Of a stretch of DNA of 64,000 bases, positions 63,510 through 64,000 are shown piece by piece. Position numbers and translations under genes: made by a program. The notes beneath the pieces were generated by a model, which was not told the origin of the DNA, ran no database searches, and worked only from the letters and a program-made list of their open reading frames with translations. Where the stretch lies: contig OZ250169.1 of NCBI GenBank assembly GCA_965237955.1, positions 7,552,001 through 7,616,000 of the forward strand, given 5' to 3'. Source of the stretch: Candidatus Marinacidobacterales bacterium (lineage in GTDB: Bacteria > Acidobacteriota > Vicinamibacteria > Marinacidobacterales > SMYC01). How positions within the stretch are numbered: position 1 is the stretch's first letter; every line of letters starts with the position of its first letter.

Positions 63510-63806
63510 CGCTTCTGACACTCCGTGCCGTTTCCGGGGCGTTCAAGGATCTCAAGGAGCTCGTGTTCATCGGCCCGTTCATCGCGATCACGACGGGCGT
63601 GAGCCTCGAGGCGCTCGCGACACGAGGCCGCACCGGGCGCTTTGCCGCGATCGCGGTTGCCCTCGGCCTTATCGCCTTCGGGATCTCCAAATTCGGCGAA
63701 TACGCCGCCCTCCACACGAAACTCGCGGGTTTGGATTAGTGCTCACGCGACCTGCCGTACATTAGCGTTCAAAAGTTTTTGCGATCGGGGTTAGAATGTC
63801 CGCGCT

Positions 63807-64000
63807 GTGTCGAAACGTCTAGAAGGCAAAGCCGCTCTCATCACCGGTGCGAGCAAAGGCATCGGGAAAGGAATCGCCAAGGTCTTTCTCGATGAGGGCG
63901 CGTCCGTTTTCTTGTGTGCGCGCGGTGAGCACCAACTCGCAAAAACCGCGGACGAGCTCTCGAGTCGCGGTGAGGTCTCGTTTCTCGCTGCCGACGTCGC
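63807..64000 (+). CDS. SDR family oxidoreductase, 5' part
   Basis: MSKRLEGKAALITGASKGIGKGIA; TAGAAT at 63792. Confidence 0.88.
   Translation, partial: MSKRLEGKAALITGASKGIGKGIAKVFLDEGASVFLCARGEHQLAKTADELSSRGEVSFLAADV

Larger units (their letters stand above)
60568..63739 (+). pseudogene. GT-C-like membrane protein; +1 frameshift (GGG 61556-61558) and IS630 plus MITE insertion
   Basis: YPDV..H, PYSPLFY; removing the insertions restores ATFL-ALLTLR... to TAG 63737-63739. Confidence 0.85.

Overview
GC-rich bacterial window. Gene content suggests Acidobacteriota, which is an inference only. Intact housekeeping genes are gltA, fdhD, two SDRs, a DegT aminotransferase, a Na+/proline-type symporter and a split cytochrome c maturation operon (ccmE-F-H-x-x-A-B, then ccmC-D about 11 kb away) with a Cys-type CcmE. 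These are interleaved with a large cell-envelope glycan-modification locus: 4 polyprenol-phosphate GT2s, about 9 GT-C-like membrane proteins, 2 GT4s, a radical SAM enzyme, an arylsulfotransferase and 7 'sulfatase-like' lipoprotein genes. All five of those seven that still have an active-site loop carry a Thr motif (T-x-P-x-H, NPP/PafA-like) instead of the formylglycine C/S-x-P-x-R motif. That module is the best candidate for an undescribed system. The locus is visibly decaying: three IS630 insertions at CTAG plus a 133-bp IS630-derived MITE, an IS3 without target duplication, an ISL3, a 1.2-kb inversion that breaks two genes, in-frame stops, frameshifts and several deletion junctions. Intergenic regions carry 7-mer and 8/9-mer tandem-repeat palindromes. 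No rRNA, tRNA or CRISPR array was seen. Some frameshifts and junctions could be sequencing or assembly artefacts.
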